Part shown: positions 15,442 through 16,916 of the stretch, in pieces | How the letters are laid out: each line of letters begins with the position of its first letter | Numbering within the stretch: position 1 is the stretch's first letter | Source: a bacterium | GTDB taxonomy: Bacteria > JAMCPX01 | Direction: 5' to 3' | Assembly (NCBI GenBank): GCA_037439545.1 | Contig: JBBIVV010000042.1 | Span: 1 to 16,916 of the forward strand | Length of the DNA stretch: 16,916 nucleotides | Program-made: the position numbers and the translations under genes | The notes under the pieces: generated by a model | Databases searched by the model: none | The model's input: only the letters and a program-made list of their open reading frames with translations | Told to the model about the DNA's origin: nothing

Positions 15442-16775
15442 AACGGCCCTGTGTAACCATGACTGTACATACGGGAGATGGTCTTCTCCATGTTTTCCCC
15501 TCCTGATCCGGTGACCCAGTTCGATCGCCCGTGGGACCGTTCATTTACCGTACGTACAAGGGCATCGTTCCACAGAGGATCTGTCTGATAAAACACCTGC
15601 CGGGTAAAAACATCATCGTATTCCGTCTTGTTCTCATGCAAGGCGATTTCATGCAGAACTGTGCCTGGGTAGACACGCATTCTGAAAAAAAAGAACAGTA
15701 CCGTACGCTCGAGCCTGTCCGCGTTATCAAGTGTTTCTTCGAGTGTTTGCCCGTTCTCGCCGGGACCGCCTATTATAAGATAGTGCGCCACGTACAATCC
15801 GGCTTCGGTTGCCATCCGGTGATTTTCGAGTACCTGCTCGAGTTTGAACGGTTTATGATATGAAGCCAATACCGGATCGCACAGCGAATCGGTCCCGAAC
15901 TCCACATGCGTCAGACCGCTGTCTGCCATTTTCCGGAAATAGTCCGGTGCCATGTGTTTGGGCGTAAAAAACCCGCCCCAAGGTATGCTGACGTGGTTCC
16001 GGACAAATGCTTCGGCAACTGCACTGCTGTGGTCAACGTCTGCATTGAATGAAGAGTCCGTGATGTATATGAATTTTGCTCCTGCGTCCTGGAGTTCGCG
16101 TGCCATGCGTCCGACCGATTCGGGATTAAAACACCGCATTGAACTGCCGTCGATGAGCGGATAGGTGCAGTAGATACAGTGAAACGGACAACCACGCTTG
16201 GTCTGGAGATTGAGTATGCCCCCGTTCTTAAGATAAAACTCCACATTCGACCGGTTTTTATCGAATGCCCTCGTGATAGTGCCTTTCCACAATGAGAAAT
16301 TTCCGGCCATCTTTTTACCTTTCACGATCACTCCCGGCAGTGCTGAAGCGGTATCACCCTTTTCCAGAGCATCCAATAGCCGGGCAAACCGCTCGCCGTC
16401 GCCGGCAATCCCGTAGTCCGCGCCCAATGCCTCCATAAACCGCTCCGGGAATATACTGAAAGCACTTCCTCCCAGAACAACCGGGGCCTGCGTTGCCCTC
16501 CTTACCATGGATATAATATCTTTATACTGTTCGAGAAAATTCTGGGCATTGATCGAATCGGAGGTATCCACATTTCTCAGGGACATACCGACGATATCAG
16601 GGGCGAAATCTTTTATTCTCGCTTCAATTTGAGCAGAATCATACCCGCTGGAGGAAAGATCCACGACCTCTGCCTCATGGGAAGGGGTGATCGCGCCGAT
16701 AACATAATCCAGACCTATCGGATATACCGGATACGGGACCGTGAGTCTATTGGTTGATAGGAGCAATACCTTCAT
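15420..16775 (-). CDS. B12-binding radical SAM protein, resembling the lipid-biosynthesis (ladderane-island, TIGR04072-like) family
   Basis: MKVLLLSTN..VPYPVYPIGLDY, GMSLRNVD, VLGGSAFSIFP, GDGE, QTKRGCPFHCIYCTYP, TDSSFN, HVEFGTDSL, GGPGE, RVYPGT; GAGGGG RBS. Confidence 0.88.
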   Translation of the reverse strand: MKVLLLSTNRLTVPYPVYPIGLDYVIGAITPSHEAEVVDLSSSGYDSAQIEARIKDFAPDIVGMSLRNVDTSDSINAQNFLEQYKDIISMVRRATQAPVVLGGSAFSIFPERFMEALGADYGIAGDGERFARLLDALEKGDTASALPGVIVKGKKMAGNFSLWKGTITRAFDKNRSNVEFYLKNGGILNLQTKRGCPFHCIYCTYPLIDGSSMRCFNPESVGRMARELQDAGAKFIYITDSSFNADVDHSSAVAEAFVRNHVSIPWGGFFTPKHMAPDYFRKMADSGLTHVEFGTDSLCDPVLASYHKPFKLEQVLENHRMATEAGLYVAHYLIIGGPGENGQTLEETLDNADRLERTVLFFFFRMRVYPGTVLHEIALHENKTEYDDVFTRQVFYQTDPLWNDALVRTVNERSHGRSNWVTGSGGENMEKTISRMYSHGYTGPLWEKLIR

Positions 16776-16916
16776 TTGATCCCCTCTGATAAAAAAGGAA
16801 GAGTTTTCCCCTCTGTTCGTAAAACAAAGCTCTTTTTGCTAAACGAGATTATCATCATAAAATGCGTTTTATATTCTTTAACACTGATAGAGAAGTAGTC
16901 CACGCAGAATACTATG

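Noticed and set aside
14531..15514. Plus-strand ORFs of 169 and 155 aa
   Set aside because: Antisense shadows of the well-supported deacetylase gene; the same applies to the other short nested ORFs in the track.

Overview
A gene-dense, moderate-GC bacterial window whose gene content resembles anaerobic deltaproteobacteria-like organisms (inference only). From left to right: (1) a small Cys-motif protein flanked by heptamer-periodic palindromic repeats; (2) a minus-strand operon encoding an SCP2-type thiolase and an HMG-CoA-synthase-fold/DUF35 fusion that lacks the HMGS catalytic residues; (3) a divergently transcribed eukaryote-type citrate synthase, sharing a 184-bp control region with four dyads; (4) a stand-alone feoB behind a near-perfect Fur box; (5) a D-2-hydroxyacid dehydrogenase; (6) an 8.5-kb co-directional minus-strand run of a 'ladderane-island type' B12 radical SAM enzyme, a membrane-anchored polysaccharide deacetylase, a second B12 radical SAM enzyme, homospermidine synthase, ornithine decarboxylase and etfBA. 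No rRNA, tRNA, CRISPR array or transposase was seen. The best candidates for undescribed systems are the B12-rSAM/deacetylase/(polyamine) cassette and the PhlABC-like thiolase complex. All family assignments come from motif recognition, not from database searches.
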